From Andalucia godoyi And28 (lineage: Eukaryota; Protista; Jakobida): 7,199 bases of DNA. Where the stretch lies: positions 1-7,199 of the forward strand of contig VRVR01000016.1 of the NCBI GenBank assembly GCA_009859145.1, in the 5' to 3' direction. The position numbers and the translations under genes are program-made. Positions 5,318-7,199 of this stretch are shown in pieces. Below the pieces are notes generated by a model. It did no database searches. It saw nothing but the letters and a program-made list of their open reading frames with translations, and had not been told where the DNA came from. Each line of letters begins with the position of its first letter. The stretch's first letter is position 1.

Positions 5318-6940
5318 CTATTCCTCCTTCTTCGTGTTTGTGGTATCAGTCTTTTTCAGCGCGATGGAAACCAGATTCCACAAACCAGACACACGTTCGC
5401 ACACAGAAAAACCGTACACAAAGTGCATTGCACTCTTCACCAATGGGAAAGAGTACTGTGGAATTGGATATTTCGTGAAAGCAGGTGCCTTGGCACGAAG
5501 CCCCCAGCGATCCGAGACGACAACTTTTGGATGAGAGAAAGCCCGCAACCCTTCTGGGCCGTTGAACTGTCCAAAGCCTGATACTTTGACTCCTCCGAAT
5601 GGCAGATCCTGAATCAGGTATGGAATACCAAAGTCATTCATGACAACTGTTCCGGCAACAATGCCTTTTGCAATTCTTTCTGAGCGCTTTGGATTTGTGC
5701 AAAAGACCACGGATGAGAGTCCGTAGTCCGTGGCGTTCGCCATTTCAACAACTTCCTCATCGGTCTTGAACTTGACAACTGCCATAATGGGACCAAAAGC
5801 CTCCTCGTTGATGACTTTCATGTTGTGGGTACAATCAACCAGGAGAGTCGGTTCGAAGAACTGTCCATTGGGATACTTGGGGTTCTTTCGGCCGCCAGCA
5901 AGGCATCTTGCCCCTTTTGCGGTCGCATCGTTCACCAACTCCTGGACAATGTCCAACTGGCGACACATGGTCATTGCACCTGAATCAAAATGGCCTTCAA
6001 GAGGCGGTCCTTGCGTCAGGGATCGGACCAAAGCAGTCATCTTTTCCACAAAGACGTCATAGACCTTCTCGTGAACGTAGATTCGTTCCGATGCAACGCA
6101 ATTCTGTCCGTTATTTGTGAACGCTCCTCGCATAGCAATCGTGCACGCCTCATCAAAGTCGCATTCGTCTGTGATGATGAACGCGTCCTTTCCGCCAAGT
6201 TCGAGAATTACGGGCGTCAAAGTCTTCGCAGCAGTCTCCATGACGCGACGTCCGACTTGCGGAGACCCAATAAATAGCACTTTGGAAACACCGGCATTGA
6301 TGAGAGCAGATCCCGTGGAGCCATCACCCGTAAGGAACTGAACCAACTCTGGATCCTGGCCATGCTCGACAAGAATCTCCCTCATGATTTTGGAAAACCA
6401 GGCTGCGGAAACAGATGAATACTCCGAAACCTTCACGCAGCATCCATTTCCTGCAAATATGGAGGAAATGATGGCAGAAAAGGCGTTGTGGAATGGATAA
6501 TTCCACGGAATGATGGCAGCAATGACGCCAAGTGGTACATACTCGATCCTGGCACGCTTCATCGACAAAAACAACGGCGGTGATCTTGTCTCAGAAGCCA
6601 GCGCCTTCGAACCATACTTCATGGTGTACCGACATTTCTCCAACGTGGTCAGGACTTCTCCCATCTCAGCCTCCAATTTTGTCTTGCCGGACTCGCGGCA
6701 GGATGCATCCACAATTTCATCCTGGTGGGCGAGAACAAACTTCATCAAGGACGCAAGAACCGCAGATCGCTGCTTGAAGGACGTCTTGCCCCACGACTTT
6801 TGGGCCTTGTGAGACCGAACAACAGCCTCGCGAACCTGCTCAGCTGTCATGACCGGGACAGAACCGCGAAACTCCCCCGTGGACGGGTCATGTTGTTCAA
6901 TCATTCCGTTACGAACAATGGTACGGCCGCAAGTCGTCAT
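5318..6940 (-). CDS. ALDH22: Aldehyde dehydrogenase, ALDH22 (plant ALDH22A1 / yeast Msc7)-like, 540 aa from the likely start MTTCGRT
   Basis: Intact motifs: IIPWNYP, VKVSE, FIGSPQVG, LELGGKD (catalytic Glu at 6200-6202), GQNCVA (catalytic Cys at 6098-6100), EEAFGP, YGL and PFGGVKVSGFG. The C-terminal extension KVVVSDRWG...KYPI...VYGFSVCERVSGLWNLV resembles the ALDH22A1 tail as recalled. The stop is TAG at 5318-5320. The start is uncertain (ATGs at 7117, 6940 and 6904); the 7195 start in the track runs through low-complexity T-rich DNA. Confidence 0.96.
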   Translation of the reverse strand: MTTCGRTIVRNGMIEQHDPSTGEFRGSVPVMTAEQVREAVVRSHKAQKSWGKTSFKQRSAVLASLMKFVLAHQDEIVDASCRESGKTKLEAEMGEVLTTLEKCRYTMKYGSKALASETRSPPLFLSMKRARIEYVPLGVIAAIIPWNYPFHNAFSAIISSIFAGNGCCVKVSEYSSVSAAWFSKIMREILVEHGQDPELVQFLTGDGSTGSALINAGVSKVLFIGSPQVGRRVMETAAKTLTPVILELGGKDAFIITDECDFDEACTIAMRGAFTNNGQNCVASERIYVHEKVYDVFVEKMTALVRSLTQGPPLEGHFDSGAMTMCRQLDIVQELVNDATAKGARCLAGGRKNPKYPNGQFFEPTLLVDCTHNMKVINEEAFGPIMAVVKFKTDEEVVEMANATDYGLSSVVFCTNPKRSERIAKGIVAGTVVMNDFGIPYLIQDLPFGGVKVSGFGQFNGPEGLRAFSHPKVVVSDRWGLRAKAPAFTKYPIPQYSFPLVKSAMHFVYGFSVCERVSGLWNLVSIALKKTDTTNTKKEE

Positions 6941-6949
6941 TTCCGCAAG

Positions 6950-7170
6950 AACCAAACAAAAGAGGGAGGAAAATCGGGAAACAAATTTCAATCGATGAGA
7001 GCAAGGAGAAGCGGGAAAATGAAAAGAAAAGAAAAGAAAAAAGATAAACGAAAAGGAAGCAAACGAATAAATAAATACAAAATGAAAGGCGTGTGAAGAA
7101 AAAACTGAAACGAGCATCCGCGCCACCGCGCTGCGAAACAAGAAAAACAGAAAAAGAAAGGAAAAAACCA
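6950..7170 (-). repeat. Pyrimidine-rich (T/C) low-complexity leader upstream of the ALDH gene
   Basis: The + strand has A/G runs such as gaaaagaaaagaaaagaaaaaag. The minus strand has TTTTCCTTTCTTTTTCTGTTTTTCTTGTTTCGCAG, ending in AG at 7132-7131. Confidence 0.8.
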
Positions 7171-7199
7171 ACCTGATCAACGGGCTCAGCATCAAGCAT

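Noticed and set aside
6941-7195. N-terminal 85 aa of the 625-aa ORF in the track taken as certain coding sequence
   Set aside because: T-rich low-complexity DNA lacks stops in two frames, and ALDH-like sequence begins only near MTTCGRT/MIEQHDP. Only the 7117 start is kept as a possibility.

Overview
Eukaryotic, probably protist, genomic DNA with everything recognisable on the minus strand and no introns in the two intact genes. (1) 1966..<2 is a large secreted or surface protein that the ORF track misses because it runs off the window without a stop. It has a signal peptide, seven RCC1/BLIP-II-type repeats at an exact 150-nt period, and at least 15 Cys-rich 'CPAGTYS' (GCC2_GCC3/ephrin-receptor-like) repeats. 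The + strand ORFs 13..723 and 153..785 are its antisense shadows. (2) 2341..2660 is a non-coding cluster of YAACKG/GTTAAC motifs and palindromes ending in an AT-rich block. (3) About 3336..4574 is a broken coding relic ending in an intact CXC-like 8-Cys+His domain, tentatively a decayed Ginger2/KRBA2-type integrase-transposase. (4) 5318..6940 is an intact aldehyde dehydrogenase of the ALDH22/Msc7 type, ending in KKEE and preceded by a long pyrimidine-rich leader. Family assignments are from motif recognition only; no searches were run.
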